Source: Trichoplax sp. H2 (Eukaryota). Taken from it: a DNA stretch of 64,000 nt. The notes below the pieces were generated by a model. That model was not told where the DNA came from. It did no database searches and saw nothing but the letters and a program-made list of their open reading frames with translations. Each line of letters begins with the position of its first letter. The first letter of the stretch is position 1. The stretch lies in assembly GCA_003344405.1 (NCBI GenBank), contig NOWV01000246.1, positions 1 through 64,000 on the forward strand, read 5' to 3'. Position numbers and translations under genes: made by a program. Below, piece after piece: positions 36,574 to 51,566 of this stretch.

Positions 36574-39308
36574 CTATGTTTTATCGTTATCAAGTGAACT
36601 TAGATGCATTGTTTTGTTGTAAAGACAATCAGAGTCGTTTTTACATATCTTCAACCATTCCTTATCTGCCAAAACGTAAACAACTTTGCGAAGTTTCTCA
36701 ATTTCCGTGCAACAACTAAGACCATCCTTTAACAAATATTATATTACATATATTAGAAAAATTGCTCAAATCGCTGAAACGTATTCAACTGAAACCAGTA
36801 ACAGGATTAACAGCCTAAGGCTATTACAGCGTAATATTAAGTATACCGATCGATAAATTTTATAAAATTGAAAATTGGCGATTTAAGAACATATGCGTAA
36901 CTGCGTTAAGAAACGATTTAAAGTCTTTTAAATGATCTAAATTCAGCCACGTATACAGTTACGGTATAAATGAGAATCGCTAGGCACTACTGAATAGAGT
37001 GAACGACAAAAAACGCTTCGATGAGGTCAAGCTGCAGAATAAATGACACATATGAGAGAGAAAAATTGAAGCTAGAGTATACCTGTTTTTCTTCATTATT
37101 CGCCAATACATCTTTTCTTTTGTCATCTTCAGGTATCGAGTTTACTAGTTTCTCACTATCTTCATTCGGCTCTTTATCAATAGACGGTAAATTATCTAAA
37201 TTTTTGAAAGAAGATGCAGAGATTAAATATCAATGTCAACAAAAATTGGGAAGCAGCTTGTGAAATAATATAATTATCACTACAAATTTACCGACTTCTA
37301 CCTGAAACTGATCGAAGTACGGTTGATTCCACATCTAAAATAAATCCGGCTTCAACAAATATATCATTTCTCCACTTTTCCCTCCCCTGACAGCATAAGG
37401 GTGAATTTATCAACGTACGCTCGTATGAGCTATGCAAATCCTAGACATGACATGTTACCTTTTCTGTCACCTCTGCACTCAGTACTTGAACATCTAATCG
37501 GTCCAGCCTACTTTGCAAAGAATGACTGAGGTACGGATAGACTAACATCGCGTCATTGTAGCAAATTAAAGGAGTTTCAAAGATAACAGCATAGCAACAG
37601 GTTTCAGGCTCATTAACCGAAACAAGTTTATTTATTTCGCCACATTTTATGTATACCTTCATCATTATAGAACGTATCAATGAATGCAAAGAGTTTGTTG
37701 ACATCTAACTGGAAACAACGTTGATATAAATAACTAGTATGTATTTACTACCTTTGAAAATCGATGATACTCTCCACAGTCGTCGCCTTCATCCATAATC
37801 ATTGAAACGAATGTATCATTGACGATTTCCCATTGCTTCCATACTCTTTAACATGATGATAGTCTTGATAAATAACGCAATTATTATTTGAATACAAATA
37901 CTAGAATTGATTGACTACGGTTCAAGTACCCTAAAATTCCCTGATATCCGTTCCAAACTGTGATTTCGTGCTGCGTAATATTATTGAATGGACAGAATTT
38001 ATATTTGTATCTAAAAAATTGAAAGTTAAGATATACTCAATTACTGACGATCATGTATCATCATTACGTAATTGCTTTGGCTAATTTTAGCAGGCTGTTC
38101 GTGAATAGTTACCGTAATGGATATTTTATGACGTTCAACTACTAGTAAGTAAATAGATTTTCACCTTGTTTCTTCTAATTCAAAACAATCATTGCTTAAT
38201 TCTAACAGAGGTGTGGGACCTGTAATTTATATCATTAGATCATACAGCTTGTCATCTTGCAATGACAGATTTATAATTAATAGGCGCTGCTACTACACCT
38301 GAAGGCTTGCAAGGCTTAACTCTGGATTTTAACTAAAGAAAAAGCAGATGGTTAATAAATAACAATTGTTATCATTTTAAGGCTAGAGTCAATTTTCACT
38401 CTTTGGATGATTTTACAGTCTGCACGAACTACGATTCCGTTCAGTAGAAGGTGGTGCAAATGAATCGTCTACGGTACAAGTGCTAACTTTGAGCTTATCC
38501 AATACGTCTATATTAAGAAACAAGCACCACTGCTATTCGCGTTTTACCTAAACCTACATCGTGTTAAAAGGAACTCATACATACATCGTTGCTATTTCTC
38601 CTTAATATTACGAAGATGGAGGTCAAGGTGTTTTATTAATAATAAAGCCCAATCCATAAGAAAGAGTCCCATATAGGATAGCGCGACAGGTATGGAATAG
38701 ATAAGGATGATAAAAGATATGATGTGAGGTACTTAATTAAAGTACAGTACTGTATGCTATCAAGAGAGATAGAGTGAATCAATTAATTCTAATTATAGGT
38801 CAAAAATCGATACGGTGCCACCGTATGATCAAATCAAGCAGCATATTTTTACAGTTTACTTACTGAAGATTGCTGAGTTGAGAAAAGTACGACCGTACAG
38901 GTTCCTCAACTATTTTAATCTTGCTGCTACTATCACTTGCAATACCTATTCAGTTTACAAATAGGTCATTAAGAAGCATTCATTCTACAATTCAAGTTTT
39001 AAAATTTCAATTACCAATACATTCAAGGTAAGTTTTAATTGTATTGAGTGAGGCATAAATCAAATATTAATTGTACTGGCTGTGCATTAAAGTAGGATCA
39101 CTACAATCGATGCATCGCCATTGCGTGCTGCTACCTTCAAGCTGAGCACAACATATAAATAACTTTTGGTCATCCAATATGATCGGAAAGATAGTGCTGA
39201 CTACAAGAAATGATTGCTGACTAATTTACCATGATTTCCAACTAGAAATAATATTGCGAACAAGGTATAACGACAGCAAGCAGCACTACTGGCAGGAAAC
39301 TTCATCAT
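36574..39308 (-). CDS. GNPTG: N-acetylglucosamine-1-phosphotransferase gamma subunit (MRH domain), multi-exon
   Basis: Spliced minus-strand exons give [35 protein letters not shown]...[21 protein letters not shown]...EGDDCG...[28 protein letters not shown]...LVYPYL...[15 protein letters not shown], collinear with GNPTG. Signal-peptide-like exon 1 at 39308-39230. The small exon(s) between 38340 and 39230 and the last exon are less certain. Confidence 0.85.
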
Positions 39309-39357
39309 CGACTTTAGTCAAAAGGATGCAGGGCCAGCTGCTGCCAAGCCGTTTCTT

Positions 39358-39591
39358 GTACTGTATAGTTCTTTATACTGTATATTTTATGGAGTACTGT
39401 AGATGTACTGTACAGTACAGTACAGTACAGTACATACAGTACAGTACTGTACTGTACTGTACGGTATGAAGTCCTGGAAAGTACTGTACTGTACTGTACT
39501 GTACATTGTACAATTGTACAGTACATACTGTACTGTATTATAACATTATGCTGTACAGTATACAGTACTGTACGAGCATAAAGTACAGTAC
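39358..39591. repeat. TACAG/CTGTA pentamer array upstream of GNPTG
   Basis: Mixed-orientation pentamer runs beginning about 50 bp upstream of the GNPTG ATG. Confidence 0.9.
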
Positions 39592-39844
39592 GCAGTTTCG
39601 CTTAGCTTTGCATATCATTCTTGATGGAGGATAGGAATTCATAGGATGGAAGCGAGCTAAACATGAACTAAAATATGGACTAGTAGTCCATAATTAAAAT
39701 CGATTACAAATCTATTCTTGCCAGTAGTAGTTCAAGAACATTACAGCTTTTGCTAAATAAACGCCTGAGACACAACAATTACAGGAGTGATTACTACTCT
39801 TAACCAGTTTTTTATTGTATTTATCATTTCTTCTGGTGGTGGAA

Positions 39845-40693
39845 ATGGCGGAGGATGAGAGCAAAGACCACGAAAAACAAACCAATATTGCAAAGGTAGA
39901 GTGTAACTTGCTTCCTACGATATTGACATTCCAATTTCTGTCTGTAGATTGATGAAAGATTGATTTCTGTACCATGAACACTGGATGAGGAGATCCAGAA
40001 AAATTAATCGAGCTTGCAGTATACTGACTATAAGGTTGCACTGTATTTGTTGTCTATCTATTTACTGTACGCGTCTATCGGATAAAGTAGAGTTTACTAC
40101 GTATAAAGTGTGCCAGCGTTCGCTACAGCTATGACGTAGAATAGATAACTTAAAATAGAATTGCGAGCATACCCTATGCAGTACATCAGCAAATAATTTA
40201 TCCGTTTCAAGGTGATAATGTCCTGCTACCTTGGTCTAGATTCCTTCTCCAGACGTCTACGTACAGTATTACTTTACCACAAGCTTGGTTACATTAAAAA
40301 CTGGTCAATTTGTATCTAAATTTAAATGAATCAGCGCATCGTGTCGAATTGATTATTCGTACTAAAATGGATATGAATTACACTGCAGGTGTCATCGTTC
40401 AAGCAAGCCTTCTCTTTTATCAAGGACAGTTCGCACTATCAAGAAATAGAAGCCAGCAGCTCATCGTCGAATATAAGGTTACCAGTATTCATTTCCAAAA
40501 ATATTGATGTTAGATACTGTAGCTATAAATATTTATACAGTATAATGACAGTCATTGACAATGAACTGATTAATAGTGCTCATGAAGTGAAATAAGTAAC
40601 ACATTGCTAACATTAGATGATGTCTTGCTTGTCAAATACAGTCTTCCTCGACAACCTTTAAACACTAACTGTATCACCGTCAATCCTAAACAG
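39845..40693 (+). pseudogene. Possible decayed multi-exon gene divergent from GNPTG
   Basis: ATG exon MAEDESKDHEKQTNIAK|GT followed by several AG...GT-bounded, phase-compatible segments, some containing in-frame stops; no recognisable domain. Confidence 0.25.
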
Positions 40694-43600
40694 GTATCGT
40701 AGTAATTAACTTATCTAACAAACTACGCGTATTACGCAAAACTATATTGGATTTTAATTATCCTTATCGAATATTGATTGATTGGCTTAGTATACCTACT
40801 GTAATAATATAAGTAGCGTTTTATGTGCAGGGTAACTTTATGATTGTTCACCTTATTGTACATTGGTTGTTCCTTGTAGTGTATACGGTTTATTCTATAG
40901 AACTGAATATCGTGTTGGTAATTCACCTTCGCTCTAGAATAATCTACGCTTTGAAAATTAATACCAATTGTCTATAGTTAGTCTTGTTTAATTTTAGCGT
41001 TAAGCTATACGCGTATATTTCAATTTGATATAAAATTTTCGGTAACATGATAAGCTCTTTAGTATGTTATAAAAACTAGTTTCCTCTATCATAAATACAT
41101 TATAGAAAGGTACAATATGTCCTCAGTCTATAAAATGTACTGCTGCGATAATTGATTAGTATTAACGAAATTACTAATGTTATGCTATAGCGCGGCAACC
41201 CTATTATTCAATATATCACTAGCGTCCCTTTGGAATATGGAGATATAGTTCCAGATTATGTCTTAGGCAAAACGACATGTGCTTTATATCTTAGGTATTT
41301 TTATTAAATAATTAATACGCCTTCATTGTAATATATTCATACAGTAATTTATGTAATTCAGTTTCGGAATTAACTCAAAGGCTTGTTAAAGTTTAAGGTA
41401 TCACAATTTACATCCGAATTACATTCATGAACGGTTAAAGAAGCTTGGTTATGCCTTTGAAATGCGGATTCTTTTGGTGCAAGTCGACCTGGTAACTAGA
41501 CAGGAACAGTCTATAGAGAGAGAAATTTCTGAGTTTTCTACTATACTTAGTTTCTGAGAGTATCCTACAGTTTTACCAATGACAGACTGCCATTATTTAA
41601 CTCACTAGTTTCTTGATTTTAATTATAGAAAGATTGTCAGCAGGCATTAAATGAATTAGCAAGAATAGCAGTTATGGCCGACTGCACATTAATTTTAGCT
41701 TGGAGGTATGTCACGTTTGCGACACAATTAAGACTATTTTTGACTTTCAAATTTGTAAATATTTATCATTTCTAAAATTGGACCCTTAAAGACATGTCTG
41801 TCAATTATTTTCTATCTAAACACCGGATCGATTGTTTATTCCTCGAATAAATATAACTAACTATAGGTTTTCATGTAATACGCTCTGGGCAATTTGAGAT
41901 AACTTCATGAGATATTGCATATCTATGTATATGTGCTCTGACTGTAATTACTTACACGCTGATTGTTTGAAAGCAAGTATGAATACTTTGAGAGGCATGT
42001 CTTAGTATTGCTTATGAAAAGCAGTTGAAAACAGTTGCGATTTTTAATCTTATACATGTGCAGTATGATGATGCATTCAAGTCGTTTAGAATAACTGTAA
42101 AGTGAATAGATTTTTATGTGTATTACTAGCATGCTATGTGGCTATTACGCCGCTCTAGTATATACTTACGAGATTAGGGAGAACGTGACTGAATATTAGA
42201 TCAAAATTTAGAGTACCTAGTAGAATTCTTATTGATATTCTTAATCTGTTCAAGAATTTTGATTGAGAAATTGAACGTAATGCGATTTCATAATTTATTC
42301 GCATGTAATTGTATTGTAGTAGTGAAGAAGCAGGTCGATATTTAGAAACATATAAAGCCTACGAAAATAAGCCTCCTGATTTATTGAAAGAAAAAGTGGA
42401 CAAGGATTACCTTTCTAAGGTTCAACTACCTCTTATATCATGCGCATAATTTGTTCAATGAACTAGATCAATATTTCGCAACCTGCAAATTACCTTCTAG
42501 GCCATTCCATTAATTTTTACCTTAATAGTTAACAGATTGCTTAACCACAATTAAATCAGTCAATCGTGGTGATGTCATTACTTTACAATCGACGTTTGGG
42601 GTAATAAAATCTTTCCTGATTGTAAAGACAGTAAATTCATAACGTTGAGTAATTGTAGGTGTCTACGTTATTTAGAGTATGGATAATATTATATCGGCGT
42701 CCGTCCAAGATTTGGCTTTATGTCCCGGGATCGGATTACAAAAGGTATGCAATATGATTGTTGTCTCAGCATATCATTTTAGTAATGAAGTAAGAATTTA
42801 CGAGTAGAGTGAATAGATCTCACCACCCAGTTAATAAAAGTTTCGAAAACGTTTTCTTTGACACAATTTGTGGTAATTTTCGACATTTTTCATTTAAAGG
42901 CGAAGAGAATTCATGCACTTTTTAGGGAACCATTTTTAACAAAACATAAGAAAATCAAATCGGAGAATTACAATACTGGAGACAGCTAATCCTTCAGCGC
43001 TTCTATTGACAATAATTGAATTAATCCTCAGCTCGATTAATCAAAAGCAAGATATTTAATTTCTCCCATATACGCAAAATGCAAGCGCTATTTTGCCTAT
43101 AAAGTGCAATTAAAGAAATCGTTTCATATTTGCAGTTCTGTAGATGCACACGCTGCTCTCCATCAACTGTAATCTCTGTTGCGTAAGATGAAATACAGTT
43201 TTTAGACAACATTTTTTTACTTGTGGCATCAGTTGTAGCTTTAACATGCGAACTATTTACGTACATTAGCGGTAGTTCTGATATTGGACAGTTTTTATAG
43301 TATGATTAATCGTATTGTTGTATATTTTCTGCATTAGTTAATGATGGTTAGAGTAGATATACAAAGTATCAAAAACTACAGTCTGTGGTAAATGTTATTA
43401 CCCGCCAGCATTGGTAATTTTGTATTTTGTTCCGTATATCTGACATCACAGAATAGGACTTTGTGTTAGATGTCGCCTACACATTAGCCTACCTAATATA
43501 AAATCAATCTCAACATTGTTAACTGGTTATATTTATGCACAACGTGGAAACTGACCATAATGTTTTAGTACCATATTAAAGTCAATCGATGTAGCGTCGT

Positions 43601-44727
43601 AAACCTTCGCAAAGTGTTCTACCGACCATTTACGAAAAATTGAAACATCACGATTCTGCTACGCAATCATTTACATTAATATTAAAAGTGTGGTGATTAT
43701 CAGTTTCTTAGATTTGAGCTATTATTACTTTATCTGGAGTACGACGATCAATTTGTTCATGTGAATCTTTTATATCCATTTGTACATAATTCATACTGAT
43801 TGCGATATGATAATGGCTAATAGTAAAGCAAGTACAGGAAGCTTTTCTGTCATGTCTGATCTAGAATTAATTAGAAGTAATAAATTCGGAATGACAAATA
43901 TGAAAAATACCGCGATGGACGTTGTTCTTAATGTGAGAATAAACATACTAATTAGATTATTTTTATTCCGTCATCGCCATCCTATATTTATTTAAATGCA
44001 TCTTTAATCAGCATGCGTGGGTTGAATATTTGAATAATATAAATTTACAAGTTGATTTTTTGGCTACCTGCTGATTTCTATTTATTAAAACATTTCTCCA
44101 TCGGACAAATTTCTCATAGCATTAACTTTGTTTCCTATGCAATCCTGTAAATTTTTCCCGTCAAGTTCTTTCTTAAAAAATTTATTGCATACCGTAACAC
44201 AAAATAACTTCAAGTGGGTGCTTTGCTTCAACTTTTCCCTCGCTCACTTACAATATCGAAGAAATTGATCAGATCTCTAGAAGCGATTGATTTAATTACG
44301 ATCTTTCTCTACTGCTATTGCTTCATTACCAAACATCTACTTTGATAGAAAAAGTTCGCAAGGATAATTAACTTCCCTTGCAAGAAATCGGAAAACGTAA
44401 GTTTTTGGTTTTTTTAATCGAGCAAAATTCATTAGTTCTATCGAAATTATTGCATAGATTAACTTTGTCTCTTCATATTTTCATCACATGATTTGCATGA
44501 TCGAATAAAGATAAAATTTTTCTAATTTTTTTCACTTTTTGTTCGAAAGTTCGCTAGAACGATCCTATTCTTACTTTATGATCTGAATGTTTGTTACCGC
44601 TTTAGGACTCTTCCATTTTATATCTTAAACAATTTTCAAAAGTTACTAACCAAGAAAGAAAAATATTGCAATTCGGCAGTAATATTTTCCGGTATAAAAT
44701 CAGTTAGTCCAATTAGTGGCATTAAAC

Positions 44728-47700
44728 ATGAGGAATAAATTGTTTTTAATCAAGATTTGGCTTTTTATCTTGGCAATATTATTGATTGATTTAATTCACT
44801 GTCAAAGCAGTTCACAAAAATCGCCGACAATTATTTTTCCAATGTTAAATTATGTTGGTAATAATGCCATTGATACAAACGCTTCTTTGGAATTTGTTGT
44901 TCCATGTTCAGTCATGTTTGGAGATCAGCGGCGTTGGCTTCACAATGGCGTGATTGTACAGTATAACGATCGAATCAAGATCAAAAATTATGCATTAAGT
45001 ATTGAGCCGTTCCAATTACAAGATTCAGGCACTTATCGGTGTCAAGCATCAAATCGTTATGGAACTGCAATAAGTCGTTACGCGAAGATAGAAGCAGCTA
45101 AAGTACCTGTTATTGATAGTGCAGGAGTATCTTATCAGCTTCAACCAGGTATAGCTGCTAACTTAAATTGCCAATTGCCATCAAGTCAATCACCAATGCC
45201 GAGCCTGATTTATTGGAAACAACGATCAACAAATAAAATAATCGTAGAAGATGAACGAATCACTGTATCCGCGGTCAATGGAAATTTATATTTTGCTAAC
45301 ACACAAGTATCGGATTCTAATGAGTACCAATGTCATGTCGTTTTTACATTGCGCCATCCCTATCGTCAGCGGGATAATCGTAATATCAGTTTAAATGGAA
45401 ATTGGCAGACTGTACGTATTAGTGGAGCACCATTTACACAAACACATCCATTCGCAGAAATTCTTGCTTCTGCAACACATGTAGTAGAAGGAGATTACAT
45501 TGTCCTCGAGTGTATAGTAGGCGGTTATCCGATTCCCGATGTGGCATGGTATAAAGATGGTCGCACTCTAGAACCTAGTAATAGTGTGGCCTATCAATTA
45601 TCAGCTCGATCTCGACGCCTTCGCATTACCGAAGCCAAATCTACCGACAGTGGCATTTACACTTGCATAACTAAAAATCGCCATTCTACTACCAATACGT
45701 CTGTAACTTTGCACATCTATACGGAACCACTATGGATCAGCCCTCCAGAAGATACTTACATTTTAGAAAAGAAACGCTTCGATTGGCCTTGCCTAGCATC
45801 CGGTATCGACATTACTTACAAGTGGTTTATCAATGGGAAACCGATAACTAATTCATCGAGATATCAAAGTTGGCCAAATGGTACCTTAACAATCCACGAT
45901 GTCAAAGTAAGCGACACAGCAATCTATACTTGTAATGCTGAGACACTATTTGAAAATATCGCCCAATCTGCTTACCTTAATGTCAGTATACGAGCTCCTG
46001 TTATTCAATATTTCCCTCACAGTATTATTCATCTTAATGCTGGAGATAGAGCTAGAATTTATTGTAATGCAACTGGTGGTCCAACACCTGTCATCAGCTT
46101 TCTTAAAGATGGTAAACCATTGCAAGATCAGGCCACCGATCGAATAGAATTAATCCAAGGTATTGGATTAATTATACAGAATATTTCATTAGCAGACGCT
46201 GGTCAATATGGATGTGTAGCTAAAAATCGGTTGGGTACTACTGAACGGTATGTAACTATAATTGTTTATCAGCAGACGGAGGTAAAAATCCAACCTGTCA
46301 ATATCATCAATAAGAAAAATACCAATTTAACCCTGTCATGTTCTATCTATAAAGATAGTCGATTAAGAATCAATGTTACATGGTTGACAGCTATGGAGAA
46401 TCACGTTACCAAGTATACCATTTCTACTTATCAAGAAAGGAAAAATCTATATATTAGCACGTTATCGCTATATCAAGTCCAAGTTCATGATAGCGGTACT
46501 TATACTTGCATAGTAGAAACGTTTGTACCCACTAAAGGTATCATTGAAAGTACGGCTCGAAGCGAAATTACCATCAAGAAGCAAGATGTTCCTGATCCAC
46601 CTTATAATGTCCATTGCTATAGTCTTAATACATCTGCAATTCGACTAGAATGGACAGCTGGTGATAGCAATTTAGCAGCGATTAAAGAATTTAACTTAGC
46701 CGTTGTTATGACAACTATTTCTTCATTGCCTAGATCTATAATGACTGCCAATGTTTCCGCATCCATTAATTCTATTGATGTGCCGGTTCAACCCTATAAC
46801 ACCTATCTACTTTTCGTTGCAGCAACAAATTTATATGGCATTGGTCTTACAACTCGTACCGAATGTAACGCAACAATATATGATATTCCTCATCTTGTAC
46901 CATCCTATTTGCGCGCTCGAGCAAGTTCATATACAGCTGATGTAATTTATACAAGCTGGATTCCAATACCCCGTATTTATTATAACGCCCCTGGCTTTGG
47001 TTATAAAATCGTTGTCAATAGGGTAACGCCGAATGGTTTACAACGTGTGAAAAGATCTGCAACAGCAACGGTTCGATACGGCAATGTATCAAGTGAGATT
47101 ATTGAAGGGCTACTACCAAATATGATCTATGAAGTTAAAGTTATTTCCTTCAATGATATGGGCGATAGTGATGTCGATGGAGAGACCCTATTGGTGAGAA
47201 CTGGAGAATCTCCGCCAACCTTTGTTCCATCAAATCTGTATATCTACCCTATTGCGCCAACAAGAGCTTGGCTTGCTTGGCATACTAATAAAAGTATGCA
47301 ACGATATAATATTCAAGGTTATAAGGTGAGAGTTTGAATTCAGTTTAAGCTTCCGGTATTTTAATTCCTTATAGGATACCTGATATTTCTCGTAGAACAA
47401 TTCTACGTCTAGTGACATTATGTATAGTATGGATTTATGATAAATTTAAAATTGAACAAATATATTACTTGTATGTCTTAAATATTCTAAGATCGCCCTT
47501 ATAACCGTAATATTTTGATTTTTTGGTATATGGCGTTTAAGTTGCGTACTAACGCTTTTTAATTTTTGAAGAACGCTAACGATTTTGCTTTATTTGCGGT
47601 TATTAGGTTGCATATTGGATTGAAAGTGATATTCAGACCACTTCAACTATTAATGCGGCCAATAATGCCACCGAAATCATTATTGAAGATTTACGGCCTT

Positions 47701-48919
47701 ATCGAAATTATACCTTTCAAATCACTAGTATTGGAAATGGTGGTGTTAGTACACTGAGTTTAACTCGAACTCGAGCAATGACATCATTAGTTCCAGGTAA
47801 ACATGATCATTATGTTCTCGAGTTACTTTGACTTCGAATTGCGTCATTTAGTAAAAGTTCATTAATACACTGAATACAAGCTGCATTTATCTAGACATTA
47901 ATTTAACGTATACATCGAACCTAATTTCTACTTTCTTAAGTCTATTGTTACTCATTGACATCAATAAGAAAATCTTCCAAATTTATTGTATTGTAGGTCC
48001 AGTTCGGAGTTTTGAAATTATACGTAATCGACTTGGAACGATCGAAATAGCTTGGTCATCGCCTATGAACACCAATGGGCCAGTATTAAATTATCGTATA
48101 CAGTGCACTGATGCTGTCTATACTGATATACCTCCAAGAATTGTTGTTACGTCAAATAATGGTACTTACTTGAGTTTGCCGTTCCAATTCAGTTATGGTT
48201 ACTATATTTTTAGTATTATGGCCAAAAATGCTATTGGCTACGGAGTTCCTATCACAACTGAAAAGCGAGTTATTGCCTATGGTCCTCTACCTCCGCAAAA
48301 TTTAACAGCATTACACGTTAGCAATGTTAGCACCACTCTAGCTTGGACTATCGATTCTGTTCGCTATGTTGATGGTTTTGTATTAGAAATGAAACGCACT
48401 CAAGATGCTGCTTATCAATACTTTGATACGAAAATTGGTGTGGCTCAAAGACAAATAACTATTAATGATTTAACTCCAGGAACAGTTTATCAATTTATTA
48501 TGCGTTCAAAACATGAGGAACTAATCGGTGATCTCCATACTGGCGAATTAAGTATACAAACTAAATCGGATAAAGACAATATTCGAGATACTAATGATTC
48601 GACCTTACAAATTATTCTAATTGCATCGAGCATTGGTCTATTTTGTATTATCATTACAATTGTTATAATTGTGATTGTTAGGCAGCGAAAAAAGCGCAAT
48701 CAAGACAATCATAGCAATTTTGGCTATGTTGTAACAATCAAAGGCAAAAGCCGTCGTAATTCCATCGATACTATACGTCCTCCCGCACCAATAACAAGTA
48801 ATGAAGGCGTTATTTTATCACGTTTGGATCCTAGCAGACCAACATCGACACTACAAATGCCGGCATTTTATCCTCATCTACAAGATAGTGAATCAGACTT
48901 ACATCATGGCGAAGAATAA
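44728..48919 (+). CDS. L1/neuroglian-type cell adhesion receptor: signal peptide, 6 Ig, 5 FN3, TM, short cytoplasmic tail; exons 44728-47325, 47607-47796, 47997-48919 (~1236 aa)
   Basis: Six Ig domains with DxxxYxC motifs (DSGTYRC, DSNEYQC, DSGIYTC, DTAIYTC, DAGQYGC, DSGTYTC); five FN3 repeats including NAPGFGY; TM IILIASSIGLFCIIITIVIIVIV followed by RQRKKR; introns GT-AG and in phase. Confidence 0.88.
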
Positions 48920-51566
48920 ATTACTCTAATTATTTGCTGTACTTTTATGTCTTAACTTACTTTTGACTATCTATGTTATGATGCATGAGCGTTTAAACTC
49001 TTATTATTGTAATCATCTTCATATATAAAAATGATACAGTACATTCTAAGTTAAATTGTAACCTATAATTTAAATTATACTATTCATATTCAAAATCGAT
49101 ATAGTCAGCAGCATGTTGATATATGGAATTAATACACTGTGTACATTGTACACTATACTTAGAATCGATCTCATTTGATACTTCTACATCCGTATATCCT
49201 AAATTATCTTACTAATTATAATAATTACTTAGTTGATTACCAGGCGGTAGGCTTTCAGGTAGTGAGTAACAAGTATATGAAATGATTACCGGTATTTATT
49301 AGCGAGAGCTTATGAAAGATTATTCCATACTTGTTGCTTAGCCTTTAGAACATTGATTTATTATGAATACCGTTGCAGCAGTTGAAATGATGATGGCCTG
49401 CCATCATTTCTATAATTAAATTTACTGCTACAACTGCTTCCGTTAATCCTTCAAGTGTAAAACTTAATTTCTGCACCAGGACATAAAGTACAATATATCG
49501 TACTGCTTAACTATCATACAGCATCTTTTATTCTAGTGATATACTAATGTAATGTTATTTCGCAATTATCATAAACTAACACTATCATAACAGCCACATA
49601 GTTCTGGTGCTTATGATTCTGTATGGGCTATATCTAAATTGATCTAATAATGATCATTTTCGAGTTTCGTTATAGTTGTCCAAACGATACACTTTTAATC
49701 AGTAGTCAATCGTATGATAATTTATGGCGTACTGTTTTTCAGCATTAACATGTATAAATCTTCATTTGAACACCTGCGTCATTAGTATCAGTCAGTTAAG
49801 GTTGCTATTATGCTATTTTATAGACCATGTAATTGGCAATTTTCTTTTTCTTTTTTAATTTATCAAATTAGCTGGATATCATAACACGTAATTCTTTAAT
49901 ATTAGATATTGCCAGATGCAAAGTAGATGAGCAAAGGCAGATTTTTTCAAATTTATATTTGAAGTGTGTAGTAATTAATCATATCATAGGGCAATAATCT
50001 TATAACTGCAAGGCTATATCACTTGTTGTGATTTATAGACTCTGTAGCAAATGCAAACAGATCAAGAAATCACGACGTGGGAGTATTGTATAACTTGCAA
50101 TATTTCTCAGGTATAATCTCGACATATACCTTAACCTATAGTAATAAATAAAATTGAATGATGAACTGGAAATTAGGTCGTACCGCGAAAATTCTCGACT
50201 TAATGTAATGGATTTTAATTTCGCAAAGTACCAGTACAAGATCATCTTGTGTGTGGTAATATAATTAGTTTGGCAAAGAATTAGCAATTTATACAAGTTA
50301 AAATTAACTTGAGAAACTAGCGGCAATTTGCGATTGGCCGTAACGAATTTTTGTGTCCTAGGTATATGATGATATTATACAGCATCAATAATCAGAAATT
50401 CTGCAAGTTAATTAGTGCAAACTTCTTTAGTTAGCCCAAGGTATCTAGTCGCATTTATCGTTATAGGCGAGCATGCGGTACCGTACTTTATCACAGCCTT
50501 GCATTATTTATGCCAGATACGCATATTTTAGGAAGCAATTGATGGCGGTAATTAAAAATTTATTTTTTATTAAAAATTAATTCTATTGTATGTAAAAATA
50601 CAGCTTTAATATTACATGTGATATATATGAGCTGTGCGCGTACGTATATGGGTAGAGGGAAAACATTTTTTAGAATTATTTTTATACATTATTATTTCGT
50701 GATATTTACACAATACTCGGCAATTTATTTATCTTTGCTTATGTGAAAATATGTATTACACGTATCACTACGATTTAGTATCCATTAAAAGCCTCATTTG
50801 ATATCATAAGCAAGAGCCGGTGTAGTAGTCTACGTCAATTCGCTACATTAGCGTCATCGCATAAGGAAGACTAGTTTTGAATAAAATTTAAAAAATGTGA
50901 AAACTTAGAAATATCAACTAACCGTTCCATTTCAAGTTTAAATTAGGGTGACCAATTTTTAGTATTATACTGTAGCTCGAACCGGATATCTTATTTAGAT
51001 ATTTAAGCGATCGCTCTATAACTTGCGATTTAAAGTATAACATTCAATATCTACTAGATGTACTGGCGAATACTTTTACAAATTCATTTTGAGTTAATAC
51101 TGTGTACACATTATCTTCACAATTGAAACAGTACTCATATTCAGAAAAACTTATAGGAATATAAATTTGCACGTTGAGGAAATGCCTGCTAATTCAAAAG
51201 TTCGATAACTAGTGATACGATACTCTTGTTACTCAGTTAATAAACTATATTATTGAATATACTGTACAATCAACAAACAACCAGCATCTAATTAACAAGG
51301 CATTCATACATTATGTACACTTAGCATCGCCTTGTCCTGCTTTAGATTAATTATGAAGAAAGCACACTTAACTAACTGGATGCTATCTTGCGAATCTCGA
51401 TAAAACATAAATAGCTTGCCATTATAATCATTTCATTCCATCTAATTGATAACTTTGTCAAATTTCGAGGCTATCATTATAATGTTATATGATTGATTAT
51501 ATATTCTCTTTAGCCTCAACGCGACTAGTAAATTAAGCAGCTTCCATTTTTTGTCGTTAATCCTTG

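Noticed and set aside
39940..40035. In-frame TGA as selenocysteine
   Set aside because: A TAA follows in the same frame, there is no selenoprotein motif, and I saw no SECIS.
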